DNA of 64,000 nt, taken from the NCBI GenBank assembly GCA_022711655.1, contig JAKLEM010000003.1, positions 10,710 through 74,709 of the forward strand, read 5' to 3'. Positions 10,600-20,078 of this stretch are shown one piece after another. The first letter of the stretch is position 1. Each line of letters opens with the position of its first letter. The position numbers were made by a program, and so were the translations under genes. Under the pieces are notes generated by a model. It worked only from the letters and a program-made list of their open reading frames with translations. It had not been told where the DNA came from and searched no databases. Source of the stretch: Candidatus Auribacterota bacterium. GTDB lineage: Bacteria > Auribacterota > Ancaeobacteria > Ancaeobacterales > Ancaeobacteraceae.

Positions 10600-10681
10600 A
10601 CAACGACAGGCCACGGATCTCTGCGGCGAGGGCACGCGGGGCGGATCATCCGCTCCGCAGCCCACACCGCCTGACCCTTGA

Positions 10682-12778
10682 TTATTCTTCTATGCCGAGC
10701 TCTTCGAGCGCCGCTTTCCTGCTCAGGTTGATCCTGCCGCGGTCGTCTATCTCGGTCACCTTGACCATCATCTCGTCGCCGACCTTGCAGATCTCGTCGA
10801 CGGTCTTCACGCGCCGGTGCGCCAGCTTGGAGATGTGCACCAGGCCTTCCTTGCCGGGCAGGACCTCGACGAACGCGCCAAAATCGACGCAGTTCTTCAC
10901 GATCCCCTTGTAGATCTTGCCGACCTCGACCTCGGCGGTGATCCGCTGGATCATCTCGATCGCCTTGTCGCTCTGCTCTTTCTTGGTCGCGGCGATCGAC
11001 ACCTTGCCGTCGTCGTCGATGTTGATCTCGGCGCCGCTCTCGGCAACGATCTGCTTGATCATCTTGCCGCCCGGCCCGATCACCATGCCGATCTTCTCGG
11101 TGTCGATCTGGATGGTCACGATCTGCGGCGCGTAGGTCGATATCGCCCCGCGCGGCGTGTTCATGACCTCGGTCATCTTGCCGAGTATGTGCATGCGCCC
11201 GATCTTCGCCTGCGCCAGCGCGTCCTTCATGATCTTGCCGTCGATCCCTTCGATCTTGATATCCATCTGGAACCCGGTGATCCCTTTCGCCGTGCCCGCG
11301 ACCTTGAAGTCCATGTCGCCGGCCGCGTCCTCGGAGCCCAGGATGTCTGACAGGATGACCGTCTTATTCTCACCCTTGACCAACCCCATCGCGATGCCCG
11401 CAACCGGCGCCTTGATCGGCACGCCCGCGTCCATCAGCGAGAGGCAGCCGCCGCACACCGTCGCCATCGACGACGAGCCGTTGCTCTCGAGGACGTCGGA
11501 CGTGATCTTCACCGTGTACGGGAACTGCTCCCCGTTCGGCATCACGCCGGCGAGCGACCGTTCGGCGAGATAGCCGTGGCCGATCTCGCGGCGCCCCGGG
11601 CCCCTGATCGGGCGCGCCTCGCCGACGCTGAACGGCGGGAAGTTGTAATGCAGCATGAAGCTCTTGGAGAACTCGCCCATCAGGCCGTCCGCGCGCTGGG
11701 CGTCGTCGACCGTCCCGAGCGTCGTGATCGCCAGCGCCTGCGTCTCGCCGCGCGTAAAGAGCGCCGAGCCGTGCGTCCTGGGAAGGAGCCCGACCTCGCA
11801 GGTGATCTGGCGGATATCCGTCGGCCCTCTGCCGTCGGCGCGATGACCTTCGTTCAGGATCAGGTCGCGCGTCAGCTCGCATTCCAGCTCGCCGAACGCG
11901 TAATGGACGACGTTCTCGGCGAGTTCCGGGTTCTGCTCTTTCAGCTTCGCGGTGTGCGCCTTGCACAGCTCCGCGAGCGCGTCCTGCCGCTTGTGCTTTT
12001 CCTTCACCTTGAGGACATTGAGGATCTCCGCGGAGGCGTTCTTCTTTAACTGCGCGTGGATATCCTTGTCGACGGTGTAGAGCGTCGCCTGGCGCTTCTC
12101 CTTGCCGCACTTCTTCCGCAGCTCTTCCTGCGCCTTCACGATCGTCTTGATCACCTCGTGCCCGGCGAGGACCGCTTCCAGCATCGTCTCTTCGGACAGC
12201 TCCTTGGCACTCCCCTCGACCATCATCACCGCCTGCGCGGTCCCCGCGACAACCAGGTCGAGCTCGCTCGTCGCAAGCTCGGCGTGGCTGGGGTTGATGA
12301 CGAACTTGCCGTCGATGTAGCCGACGCGCACCGCACCCACCGGATGCGGGAACGGTATGTCCGACACCACGACCGAAGCGCTCGCGGCGATAATCGACAG
12401 GACGTCGGGATCGTTGGTCTCGTCCGCTGACAGCACGGAGACCATGATCTGCACTTCATTGAAGTAACCCGCCGGGAACAGCGGCCGCAGCGGCCTGTCT
12501 GTCAAACGCGCCGTCAGGATCTCCTTCTCGGTCGGCCTGCCCTCGCGCTTGATATAGCCTCCGGGGAACCGCCCCGCCGCCGACTGCTTCTCCCGGTAAT
12601 CGACGGTCAGCGGGAAGAAATCGGTCCCTTCCTTGACTGTCTCGGGCGAAACGACCGCGGAGAGAACGATCGTGTCCCCGTACTGCACGGTGACGGAACC
12701 GTCCGCCTGCTTCGCCATCTTTCCCGACTCGATCTTCATCAGCCTTCCGGCAACTTCCAATTCAACACACGAACTCAT
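10682..12778 (-). CDS. pnp: Polyribonucleotide nucleotidyltransferase (PNPase)
   Basis: 698 aa with two RNase PH domains plus KH and S1 domains. A strong GGAGGAG Shine-Dalgarno is present. Order is the conserved rpsO-pnp. Confidence 0.97.
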   Translation of the reverse strand: MSSCVELEVAGRLMKIESGKMAKQADGSVTVQYGDTIVLSAVVSPETVKEGTDFFPLTVDYREKQSAAGRFPGGYIKREGRPTEKEILTARLTDRPLRPLFPAGYFNEVQIMVSVLSADETNDPDVLSIIAASASVVVSDIPFPHPVGAVRVGYIDGKFVINPSHAELATSELDLVVAGTAQAVMMVEGSAKELSEETMLEAVLAGHEVIKTIVKAQEELRKKCGKEKRQATLYTVDKDIHAQLKKNASAEILNVLKVKEKHKRQDALAELCKAHTAKLKEQNPELAENVVHYAFGELECELTRDLILNEGHRADGRGPTDIRQITCEVGLLPRTHGSALFTRGETQALAITTLGTVDDAQRADGLMGEFSKSFMLHYNFPPFSVGEARPIRGPGRREIGHGYLAERSLAGVMPNGEQFPYTVKITSDVLESNGSSSMATVCGGCLSLMDAGVPIKAPVAGIAMGLVKGENKTVILSDILGSEDAAGDMDFKVAGTAKGITGFQMDIKIEGIDGKIMKDALAQAKIGRMHILGKMTEVMNTPRGAISTYAPQIVTIQIDTEKIGMVIGPGGKMIKQIVAESGAEINIDDDGKVSIAATKKEQSDKAIEMIQRITAEVEVGKIYKGIVKNCVDFGAFVEVLPGKEGLVHISKLAHRRVKTVDEICKVGDEMMVKVTEIDDRGRINLSRKAALEELGIEE

Positions 12779-12917
12779 CTAACTCCTCCGAACGCTTGAG
12801 ACCATAGGCCATCGACAAGGGACAACAGGAGGCAAAGCCGCTGTCGCACCCAGTCCGTGGTCTATGGCCGGTTGTTGTAGAAAGCAACGCCGATAAAAAA
12901 CAGTTTTCTATCGACGG

Positions 12918-13184
12918 TTACTTCCTGATGTTCAGCTTCTTGATCAGATCCTGGTAGCGCTTCTGGTCGTTTGTGCTCAGGTAATCGAGCAGACGACGGC
13001 GAGAACCGACCAGCTTGAGCAGCCCTCTGCGCGAGCTGTGGTCCTTGCGATGGATCGCGAGATGCTTGGTGAGCTGATTGATCCGTTCCGTCAGGAGCGC
13101 GATCTGCACATCCGACGAACCGGTGTCTTTACCATGCAAATGATATGTCCCGATGATCGTTTCCTTCTGCGTTTTCTCCAGCAT
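12918..13184 (-). CDS. rpsO: 30S ribosomal protein S15
   Basis: Internal start [42 protein letters not shown]... (88 aa) matches S15. The track ORF is extended upstream to 13298. Confidence 0.95.
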   Translation of the reverse strand: MLEKTQKETIIGTYHLHGKDTGSSDVQIALLTERINQLTKHLAIHRKDHSSRRGLLKLVGSRRRLLDYLSTNDQKRYQDLIKKLNIRK

Positions 13185-13401
13185 GATCCACCTATCCTTT
13201 CCGTATGGTGTTGTGAGGGGCCACGCGCCCCCGCCGTGAACAAAGCCGGCCGTCGGTGAGTCGGCACGCCTTGTACAGGCTTTTGAAGATGCTATCATAG
13301 GGAGGGAAAAAAGTAAATGATAATTTTAGTGGGTTAAGTAACGTCAGAACAATAAGTTGTTGCGTTTTAAATCCCGAATGATACCCCAATAGCATAAAGA
13401 G

Positions 13402-13410
13402 TGTTATAAT
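13402..13410 (+). promoter_or_regulatory. Extended -10 element TGTTATAAT, 9 nt upstream of the 13420 ATG
   Basis: TGnTATAAT at 13402-13410. There is no Shine-Dalgarno between it and the ATG (gaattcacc). Confidence 0.4.
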
Positions 13411-13419
13411 GAATTCACC

Positions 13420-13941
13420 ATGTCGGTCTCCATACTCAAAACTGACGAAGACAAGAAAAAGTCCTTGAAACCGTACACCCTATTTCTCGGCACGCTCATC
13501 GGAACGCTGGCGGGGTGCTTACCGCTCCTCTCTCCCCTCTTTGGGGCCATCGTCTTCGTGTTCGCCATCGTCAGGGCGAATATTGTCTGTACGGTCCTGT
13601 TCTTCGGGATCTCGGTGTATGCCAGCAACTATCATTATTCCGAACTCATCAACAACATCGGCATCTATGTCCTCACCGGCAGCGATCAGACGATCGAGTT
13701 CTCGCGGTGGTTTACGTCGCTTCCCGTGATCACCTATCTCGGGTTCACCAACACGATGGTGATGGGCGGGGCGGTCCTCGGGCTTGCGGCGGGATTGCCG
13801 ATGGCATTTTTCATCAGCGAAGCATACTCGCTCTGGATCAACAGGAAGAAGGAAGAGAAGCCGCCGGAGACGCCCCAACAACCGGAACCTGAGCCGGAAC
13901 CGGAAGAACCGGAAAAGAAGATCGTCTGGCGGGAGAAATAA
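13420..13941 (+). CDS. Small polytopic membrane protein with an acidic/proline-rich tail; resembles DUF2062/TIGR03546-type proteins (from memory, unverified)
   Basis: 173 aa with several hydrophobic helices (GTLIGTLAGCLPLLSPLFGAIVFVFAIVRANIV) and a C-terminal PEPEPEPEEPEKK tail. Confidence 0.6.
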   Translation: MSVSILKTDEDKKKSLKPYTLFLGTLIGTLAGCLPLLSPLFGAIVFVFAIVRANIVCTVLFFGISVYASNYHYSELINNIGIYVLTGSDQTIEFSRWFTSLPVITYLGFTNTMVMGGAVLGLAAGLPMAFFISEAYSLWINRKKEEKPPETPQQPEPEPEPEEPEKKIVWREK

Positions 13942-13950
13942 CTTAGCTTA

Positions 13951-14008
13951 CGGGCTGGCGTGGAGTGTCACCGTCAGCACGTTTGCGGGGACACTTCACG
14001 CCAGCCCG
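13951..14008. other. GC-rich 19-bp stem-loop in the spacer between the 13420 and 14034 genes
   Basis: CGGGCTGGCGTGGAGTGTC (13951-13969) pairs with GACACTTCACGCCAGCCCG (13990-14008), with one G-U on the plus-strand transcript. The loop is 20 nt and no U-run follows. Confidence 0.7.
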
Positions 14009-14033
14009 GCAACATGTATAGTAAGGCATCATC

Positions 14034-15161
14034 ATGCGCTACAAATCGTTGATCGCTATCCTGCTCGTCTTCGCGGCGCTGCACTTCGTTGCGGGGCCAA
14101 TGCTCTGCAACGGGTACAATACCTACGCCCCGCAGGCGCTCGGCCTGCGGACGTCGGCGGGTAAAATATCGGTCGATCTCCTGAACCGGATGATCACGGT
14201 CACCGACTTCTCGCTCGCCGACCCGCGCGACCAGAGCGTCAACCTCATCGCGGCGAAAACCCTCATGATACATTTCCGGGCGATCCCGCTGCTGTCGCGC
14301 AAGATCAGGATCCGGGAGATCTCTCTCGGCCACGTCATGATCAACGCGCCCGACCGTGACGGGATCGCGCGCGCGTTATTGCCGCATATCGAGAACGCCG
14401 TGATGGCCGTTGCGCAGGTCATTCCCGCGGCGAACGCGAAAAAGGTCATCCGCACAACCGACGATCTCGTCATGACGGCGTCGAACGCGGGATACGACGT
14501 CGCCTACCGCGTCACCCGGCCGGAGCCGCTCGTCATCTGCGACGAGCTGAACATGTCCGACCTCTCCGTCGAATTCGGGCCGCGAGGACGGCTGTCGACT
14601 CCCCCGCCGGTCGACGATATCGACATCACCATCACCAGCCTGACGCCCGACATGACCCGATGCCCTCGGGCATCGTCGTTCAAGGCGACCGGGCGGTTCG
14701 CCGAGCGCCCGGACTCATTCTTTTCGATCGACGGCGCCGGGCGGTTGCTGCCGCGCGGCGGCTATCAGCTGGACTTCGCGTTCGCGCTCAGGAACGCAGA
14801 CCTCGCCTACCTGTGGCCCCACCTGCTCGCGATGCATGAAGACCCGGACCTCGCCTCGCTTACTATCAATGCGGGAACGGCCGACATCAAGACGGACCTG
14901 CATGCGAAGTTCGGCGTGACAGAGCAATACACAAAGGCCGATTTCAAGAACGTCAATATCGCCTCCGCCGACGGTTACGAGGGCCAGCCCCTCGCGGGAG
15001 AGAACCGCAGCACGATCATCGACGCGATCAACGCCGTCGGGACATTCTCGATCGAGTTCACCGACAACGAGCACTGGAAGAAGGCATTCACGGAAGTGGT
15101 GATGCAGGGCGTTCGGAAACTCATCAGGAAGACGATAGCGGAAAAACTGTTAGGGGTATAG
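14034..15161 (+). CDS. N-terminally anchored AsmA/DUF748-like protein of unknown function
   Basis: 375 aa with an N-terminal TM segment. This is followed by the pattern GKISVDLLNRMITVTDFSLADPRDQSVNLIAAKTLMIHFRAIPLLSRKIRIREISL, reminiscent of AsmA-like N-termini. Confidence 0.5.
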   Translation: MRYKSLIAILLVFAALHFVAGPMLCNGYNTYAPQALGLRTSAGKISVDLLNRMITVTDFSLADPRDQSVNLIAAKTLMIHFRAIPLLSRKIRIREISLGHVMINAPDRDGIARALLPHIENAVMAVAQVIPAANAKKVIRTTDDLVMTASNAGYDVAYRVTRPEPLVICDELNMSDLSVEFGPRGRLSTPPPVDDIDITITSLTPDMTRCPRASSFKATGRFAERPDSFFSIDGAGRLLPRGGYQLDFAFALRNADLAYLWPHLLAMHEDPDLASLTINAGTADIKTDLHAKFGVTEQYTKADFKNVNIASADGYEGQPLAGENRSTIIDAINAVGTFSIEFTDNEHWKKAFTEVVMQGVRKLIRKTIAEKLLGV

Positions 15162-15169
15162 AAAGCTAT

Positions 15170-17653
15170 TCAGCCGCCCCGCTTCGCCGTCAGGATCTTA
15201 TAGCCGCCGCTGCCGATCCTGACCGTGACGGTGCCGTTCCGGTCGGTCCGGTAAACCTTCGCGCCGTGAGACGCGTAGTAGTCGACGACCTGGCGCGCCG
15301 GGTGCTTGAACGGATTATTCCTGCCGACGGACACGACCGCCGCCTCTGGCGAGACGAGCGCGATGAACGGCTCGTAGAAACCGCTTTTCGCGCCGTGGTG
15401 CGGCACCTTCATGACCTGCGCGCGCATGTCGGCGCCCCGCTCGACGAGATCGCGCTGCGCAGCGATCCCTGCGTCACCGCAAAATAGCACCGAGACGCCG
15501 CGATATTGTATCAAGAGCACTATCGAGGCGTCGTTCTCGTCATCCCCCTCTTTCGGAGCCGCAGGAGGCGAAAGGACGCGGACCGACACGTCCGGGTCGA
15601 GATCGATCGTATCGCCCGTTCGCGCCTCCCCGTACGCTATCTTTTTCCGGTCGATCTTCTTGAGTATCTCGAGCGCCACCGCGGACGGATGGGCGCTCCC
15701 GTTGGCGATCACGCGGCCGACCTCGAACCGGTCAAGAAGGGCCGGCGCGGCGCCGATATGGTCGGCGTGCTGGTGGGAGAGCAGCAGGACGTCGATCTTC
15801 CCGTTCCCCCTATCGCACCAGAGACGGATACCGCCGCGCAGGCCTCCCTGCGGCGCGACCGGGCCGGCATCGATCACCATCCGCTTCCCGTTCGGGAATG
15901 TGATACCCGCCGCGTCCCCCTGCCCGACGTCGCAAAAGGCGATCTCCAGCCCGCTGAATGTCCCGAAGAACCGCATCCAGACATAGACCGCGCCGGCGAA
16001 GAGAACGTACAGGAGCTTCTTTTTCGTAAAGACGAATTTTTTCATCGGGCCCCATTGGGCGAACGCGGCCAGCACCGCGTACTGCATGCACACGTCGAAC
16101 GCCGTCGCGGCGGCGACCGTCACCGACGCGAACGGCAGACGTGATAATAGCATATTCCCTCGGACCAGCGCCTCCACGAAAAAACCGTTCACCGCGTTGA
16201 ACGCCGATGCGCCCCATAGCGTTGCCAGCCCCAGGACCGCAGAGACGAACCCGAGCGGGACGATCACGAACCCGACAATGGCGCCGGTGAACAGGTTCGC
16301 GACGACGCTGATCGGCGAGAAGAGGCCGAAATAGTACATGATCAGCGGCGCCGAGCTGAGCCACGCCGAGGTCGAGACCGCGGCGGCCTTCGCCGCCGTC
16401 CGCACAAACGTATGCGACTTCTCCTCATCGCCGCAGCGCATGCACCGGAAGAACAACGCTTCCGCGGCCGGCGTCAGGAGGACCATCCCCAGCACGGTAA
16501 CGAACGACAGCTGAAAACCGATATTGAAAAGATCGAACGGCTGTATGGCGAGCATGACCAGTGCGGCGAATGACAGCGAGTTGACAACGTCGCCCTCGCG
16601 CCCGATCAGCCATCCGCCCATAACGACGGCAACCATCAGCGCCGCGCGGACCACCGACGGATCGCCCCCGACCACGGCCGCGTAGAGGGCGATCGCGGGG
16701 ATTGACACCGCCGCCGCAACACGCCGCGGCGCCATGCACGCCATAAAGAACCCGACGATGATCAGCGATATCAGCGTCACCTGCTGGCCCGATATCGCGA
16801 GGATGTGAAGGGTGTTGGTCTTTCTGAACGCGTCCTGGATATCCTCGTTCATGAGACCGCGCTCGCCGAGGATCATCCCGGCCATCAGCTGAGCGATATC
16901 CCGATCGGCGACGCCGGCGGTCAGCGCCGCGGCCATGCGGCGCCTGAGAGCGCCCGCCAGGCCGGCAACCGTCGACGCGCCTTCGGTCCCGGAAACGCGG
17001 ATCTTCGCTTCGCCGTCGACATAGAGCCGGCAGCAGACCGATCGCGTCACCAGATACTGTTTCACCGACAGCGGCTGGTCTCCGTCGTCGAGCCGCTTCA
17101 GCGAGCCTTCCGCCTCGATGCGATCCCCTGCGGCGACGCACGGCGATCGCGACGCATTTCCCACCGTGACGCTGACCGTACCGCTCAGCGAATGATCCAC
17201 ACCGTCAACGGCCAGGGCCGCCTTATCCAGGAGCAACCGCTGGACTAATGCGCCGGCCTTCCCGCCGGAAGCGGCGCGGATCTCCGGCGTCGACCGGACG
17301 GTCCCCATCACGACGGCTCCCCGTTCCGCCGCGAAGCGCGTTACCAGCGCGTCCGCTTCGGCCCGCACCCTCTCGTACCGTTGCGCATGGTAAAGCGTCG
17401 CGGCGCACCCGGCGGAAAAGACGAGGAGCGCGAGCCCCGCATAAGAAACATACCGGGAACGGAACAGGATCAGGATGAGCGCCGCGGCGGCGAGCAGGTA
17501 ACACGCGATGAGCGGCAGGCCGCAGAACGATGCCGCGGAGACGATCCCGGCGGCAAAAGAGAGCGCGATAGGGACAAACGGGCGTTTCATGAGAGATATG
17601 ATCTTTTGACGGCTTAACGCTACTCCAGACGGTCCAGATAAGCGCTCAAACAT
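15170..17653 (-). CDS. comEC: DNA internalization competence protein ComEC/Rec2
   Basis: 827 aa with a polytopic competence domain and a C-terminal metallo-beta-lactamase domain (DVGQGDA, LLLSHQHADHIGA). Confidence 0.9.
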   Translation of the reverse strand: MFERLSGPSGVALSRQKIISLMKRPFVPIALSFAAGIVSAASFCGLPLIACYLLAAAALILILFRSRYVSYAGLALLVFSAGCAATLYHAQRYERVRAEADALVTRFAAERGAVVMGTVRSTPEIRAASGGKAGALVQRLLLDKAALAVDGVDHSLSGTVSVTVGNASRSPCVAAGDRIEAEGSLKRLDDGDQPLSVKQYLVTRSVCCRLYVDGEAKIRVSGTEGASTVAGLAGALRRRMAAALTAGVADRDIAQLMAGMILGERGLMNEDIQDAFRKTNTLHILAISGQQVTLISLIIVGFFMACMAPRRVAAAVSIPAIALYAAVVGGDPSVVRAALMVAVVMGGWLIGREGDVVNSLSFAALVMLAIQPFDLFNIGFQLSFVTVLGMVLLTPAAEALFFRCMRCGDEEKSHTFVRTAAKAAAVSTSAWLSSAPLIMYYFGLFSPISVVANLFTGAIVGFVIVPLGFVSAVLGLATLWGASAFNAVNGFFVEALVRGNMLLSRLPFASVTVAAATAFDVCMQYAVLAAFAQWGPMKKFVFTKKKLLYVLFAGAVYVWMRFFGTFSGLEIAFCDVGQGDAAGITFPNGKRMVIDAGPVAPQGGLRGGIRLWCDRGNGKIDVLLLSHQHADHIGAAPALLDRFEVGRVIANGSAHPSAVALEILKKIDRKKIAYGEARTGDTIDLDPDVSVRVLSPPAAPKEGDDENDASIVLLIQYRGVSVLFCGDAGIAAQRDLVERGADMRAQVMKVPHHGAKSGFYEPFIALVSPEAAVVSVGRNNPFKHPARQVVDYYASHGAKVYRTDRNGTVTVRIGSGGYKILTAKRGG

Positions 17654-17656
17654 TCT

Positions 17657-18007
17657 CTAGCGCCGGCGCATGAGATACAGCTCCTCGTCGGCTTCCTTCC
17701 ACTCGTGGTTCTGGGTGTAGCCACGGCGGATGTCGTCGTACCAGTTGAGCTGGGCATATTCGCGCCGCTTCCAGTCAAGGTCCTCCTGCGTATACTGCTG
17801 GTTGCGCTCGTACCTGAGCGCCGCGGGCGCGGCGTTATACGCTATCTCGAACGGGAGGATGGCCAGCGACGTCGTGACCTGCGCGGCGCCTTCAACGATA
17901 TTGAACGGGAACGGCGTTTTTCGAGGAACATCTTTATCCCGGGCGTAAAGGGGCGCTAGAAAGCACACAAGCTGGATGACTGACAGAAATGACAGGAGGA
18001 CCTTCAT
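17657..18007 (-). CDS. Hypothetical secreted protein, translationally close-coupled to comEC
   Basis: 116 aa with a signal-peptide-like N-terminus. Its stop lies 3 nt from the comEC ATG. I recognise no family. Confidence 0.5.
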   Translation of the reverse strand: MKVLLSFLSVIQLVCFLAPLYARDKDVPRKTPFPFNIVEGAAQVTTSLAILPFEIAYNAAPAALRYERNQQYTQEDLDWKRREYAQLNWYDDIRRGYTQNHEWKEADEELYLMRRR

Positions 18008-18050
18008 CGCATTCCCCCTTTCGCGGCGCGTCCCGTTCCGCGCGACCGGC

Positions 18051-18866
18051 CTACTCTTTGCGGAAATGCAGGCAGTTGAGGAAATTCAGGATCGCCGCCT
18101 GGTCCTTCTTTTCGATCCGGTCGAAAGCGATGCCGGTGTCGTACAGCTCGTTCTGGACCAGCTCCTCAGCCCTGACGACGCGGCCGACGATCTTGATCGG
18201 GATCGCCTCCTTATCCGACGGGATAACGAGCTCGATATTAACCAGGTCGCCGACGTTGAACTTTTCGTGGGTTTCCAGGATGATGCCGCAGGCGCTGATG
18301 TTGGTGTTGATGCAGTAGCGCGGATGGTCGTTCTCTTTCTTCTCTTCGTCCATCGGCGTGTATTTGACGATAAAGGTGTACGGGATGCGGGCGAACTTCC
18401 TGCGCTCGGGGCCGATGTACATCCCGCCGCCCGAGCCGAACTTGAACTTGTTCCGCAACCGCTCGCGGCGCAGGAAGAAGTCGACGAACTGCTCGAGCGC
18501 CGATTTTTCCTTGTCGTCGATCCGGTCGATCGCGATCCCGATGTTATACAGCTCGCCCTTGATGACCTCTTCGCTCCGCACGACGCGGCCGGTCACAACG
18601 ACCGACTTGAATTTCGTCATGCCTTCTCTCGCGATCATCGCAGGCACGGCCGATATGTTCAGCTCGATATCAAGCTCTGTCCCGATCGGTATGCTGCAGT
18701 TCGCCGGGAACAGCAGGCCGCCGGTGCTGATGTTCTTGCTGTAGGTCGTCGTGAAGAACGACGGCCCCTGCGGCCGCTTCTCCACCGGCTTGTACTTTAT
18801 GATGAATGAGAACGGCACCCGTACGAACTTCCTCTTCTCTATACCGCTGAAAGACATTTCGCTCAT
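18051..18866 (-). CDS. Tandem PilZ-domain protein (two c-di-GMP binding modules)
   Basis: Two repeats each carry RxxxR and NxSxxG: EKRKFVRVPF...SKNISTGG and ERRKFARIPY...NTNISACG. Confidence 0.85.
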   Translation of the reverse strand: MSEMSFSGIEKRKFVRVPFSFIIKYKPVEKRPQGPSFFTTTYSKNISTGGLLFPANCSIPIGTELDIELNISAVPAMIAREGMTKFKSVVVTGRVVRSEEVIKGELYNIGIAIDRIDDKEKSALEQFVDFFLRRERLRNKFKFGSGGGMYIGPERRKFARIPYTFIVKYTPMDEEKKENDHPRYCINTNISACGIILETHEKFNVGDLVNIELVIPSDKEAIPIKIVGRVVRAEELVQNELYDTGIAFDRIEKKDQAAILNFLNCLHFRKE

Positions 18867-18895
18867 AACGGCCTCTCTCTTGATTTCCTATCTGT

Positions 18896-18924
18896 ATTAT
18901 AGCGCAACGTTCCGGATCTGTCAA
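18896..18924 (-). promoter_or_regulatory. Consensus sigma70-type promoter for the PilZ gene
   Basis: The minus strand reads TTGACA (18919-18924), a 17-nt spacer, then TATAAT (18896-18901). The ATG lies about 30 nt downstream. Confidence 0.6.
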
Positions 18925-18929
18925 TAACT

Positions 18930-19691
18930 TTAGAACTCGTAGGACTTGTTCCCGGGGTCGAAATCGGCGTCCGGCAGGCCGGGGTTCAGCCGTATGTCCC
19001 GGAACGAATACTGCTCGAGAAGCTCGTCGTTCCAGTCGTACGTTACGATCCTTACCGGCAGCCGGGTTTCCGCATCGAAACAGACCATCGTCCGATAACA
19101 GTAAAAACCCTTTTCTTTGCCAGGCAAGACGCACTCGATCTTGTGCGCCTGCCGCCCCATGATCTCAACGATGCCGTGGTACCGCTCGGAGAACTCCCGC
19201 TCAGACAGCGCCTTCTTTCGCTGCTCGGTGAACAGCTTCAGGACGAACCCGATGCCGGTATGGGTCACCGGGTGGCGGTTGTTCTCCATCGCCATACGGT
19301 CGGTCGGGAGGACGGTCACCGTCGGCGTGATCAGATTGATGAGACCCCCGAGATGCGCGATCATCTTGCCGGACGACGGCGTCGAGGGGTATATCACCTC
19401 TGCCCCCGCGTTCAACAATCCCGGATTGGGGCTGGTCATCCACTTCATGTAGACGGAGCCCGGCTTCCGGAACTTCAAGAATATCTCTTCTTCTTTCCGC
19501 ACTATGCGGCCGATCCGCTCTGTCCGCAGGATCGTCGCCGTGTAATCGGAAACTTTCTCGTACGCCGCCTGAGCGTCCCTGACGACCTGCTCAACTCGCT
19601 CGTCCTGAGCCGCGCACAGCGGGCTCGCCACGGAAAATATCAGCGCGGCGGTGATCGATAAACGAAGCCGGAATGTACCTGTCATGCTCAA
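18930..19691 (-). CDS. DUF1571-type (LolA-fold) periplasmic protein
   Basis: 253 aa with a signal peptide. The C-terminal pattern FYCYRTMVCFDAETRLPVRIVTYDWNDELLEQYSFRDIRLNPGLPDADFDPGNKSYEF is typical of DUF1571. Confidence 0.7.
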   Translation of the reverse strand: MSMTGTFRLRLSITAALIFSVASPLCAAQDERVEQVVRDAQAAYEKVSDYTATILRTERIGRIVRKEEEIFLKFRKPGSVYMKWMTSPNPGLLNAGAEVIYPSTPSSGKMIAHLGGLINLITPTVTVLPTDRMAMENNRHPVTHTGIGFVLKLFTEQRKKALSEREFSERYHGIVEIMGRQAHKIECVLPGKEKGFYCYRTMVCFDAETRLPVRIVTYDWNDELLEQYSFRDIRLNPGLPDADFDPGNKSYEF

Positions 19692-19705
19692 TCCAATCAG
19701 CGCGG

Positions 19706-19831
19706 CTAAAAAGTCCAGGCTTCTGCGTTCGACGGGGTGGCGTTGTCATAATTCATCCGATCCTTTAACGCCTGGCACCCTTCGCATACGAACAGCGCCG
19801 CGCAGATCAGCATGATGAGCATATATCTCAT
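19706..19831 (-). CDS. Small (41 aa) hydrophobic-N-terminus, Cys-containing peptide
   Basis: Below the track size cut-off. Hand translation gives MRYMLIMLICAALFVCEGCQALKDRMNYDNATPSNAEAWTF. A GGGGAG Shine-Dalgarno lies 4 nt upstream. Confidence 0.4.
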   Translation of the reverse strand: MRYMLIMLICAALFVCEGCQALKDRMNYDNATPSNAEAWTF

Positions 19832-19878
19832 GATCTCCCCTGGTTCACCGATAAACCGATTCCCGGCGGCCCGGCCGT

Positions 19879-20052
19879 TCAACGGTATTTGTTCACCCTG
19901 TCCACCATATCCGGCGCATCGCGGTCGAATTTATCCTTATCGTCTTTGCCATAGACCGGTTTGTCCATGGCAAGGCTGTAGTAGAGCGATTCGCACCCGC
20001 ATTGGCTGAGCGAGCAGCATATGACGAACAGCAATAATAATTTACGCATCAT
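19879..20052 (-). CDS. Small (57 aa) hydrophobic-N-terminus, Cys-containing peptide, possibly a lipoprotein
   Basis: Below the track cut-off. Hand translation gives MMRKLLLLFVICCSLSQCGCESLYYSLAMDKPVYGKDDKDKFDRDAPDMVDRVNKYR. An AAGGGGA Shine-Dalgarno lies upstream. Confidence 0.45.
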   Translation of the reverse strand: MMRKLLLLFVICCSLSQCGCESLYYSLAMDKPVYGKDDKDKFDRDAPDMVDRVNKYR

Positions 20053-20078
20053 GCCCTATCCCCTTGTGCTTGCGGACG

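Noticed and set aside
8302-10674. 790-aa plus-strand ORF. Similar long ORFs: 53453..55867 (804 aa), 59808..61937 (709 aa), 33413..35440 (675 aa), 24556..26445 (629 aa), 20603..22198 (531 aa), 46781..48322 (513 aa), 3239..4714 (491 aa), 4844..6178 (444 aa), 32313..33593 (426 aa), 62171..63349 (392 aa), 58384..59607 (407 aa)
   Set aside because: All are antisense to genes with unmistakable conserved motifs (ftsK, secDF, ruvAB, etfB/ACAD, addB, addA, recG and others). All have the Arg/Asp/Leu/His-rich, low-information composition typical of stop-free antisense frames in GC-rich DNA.
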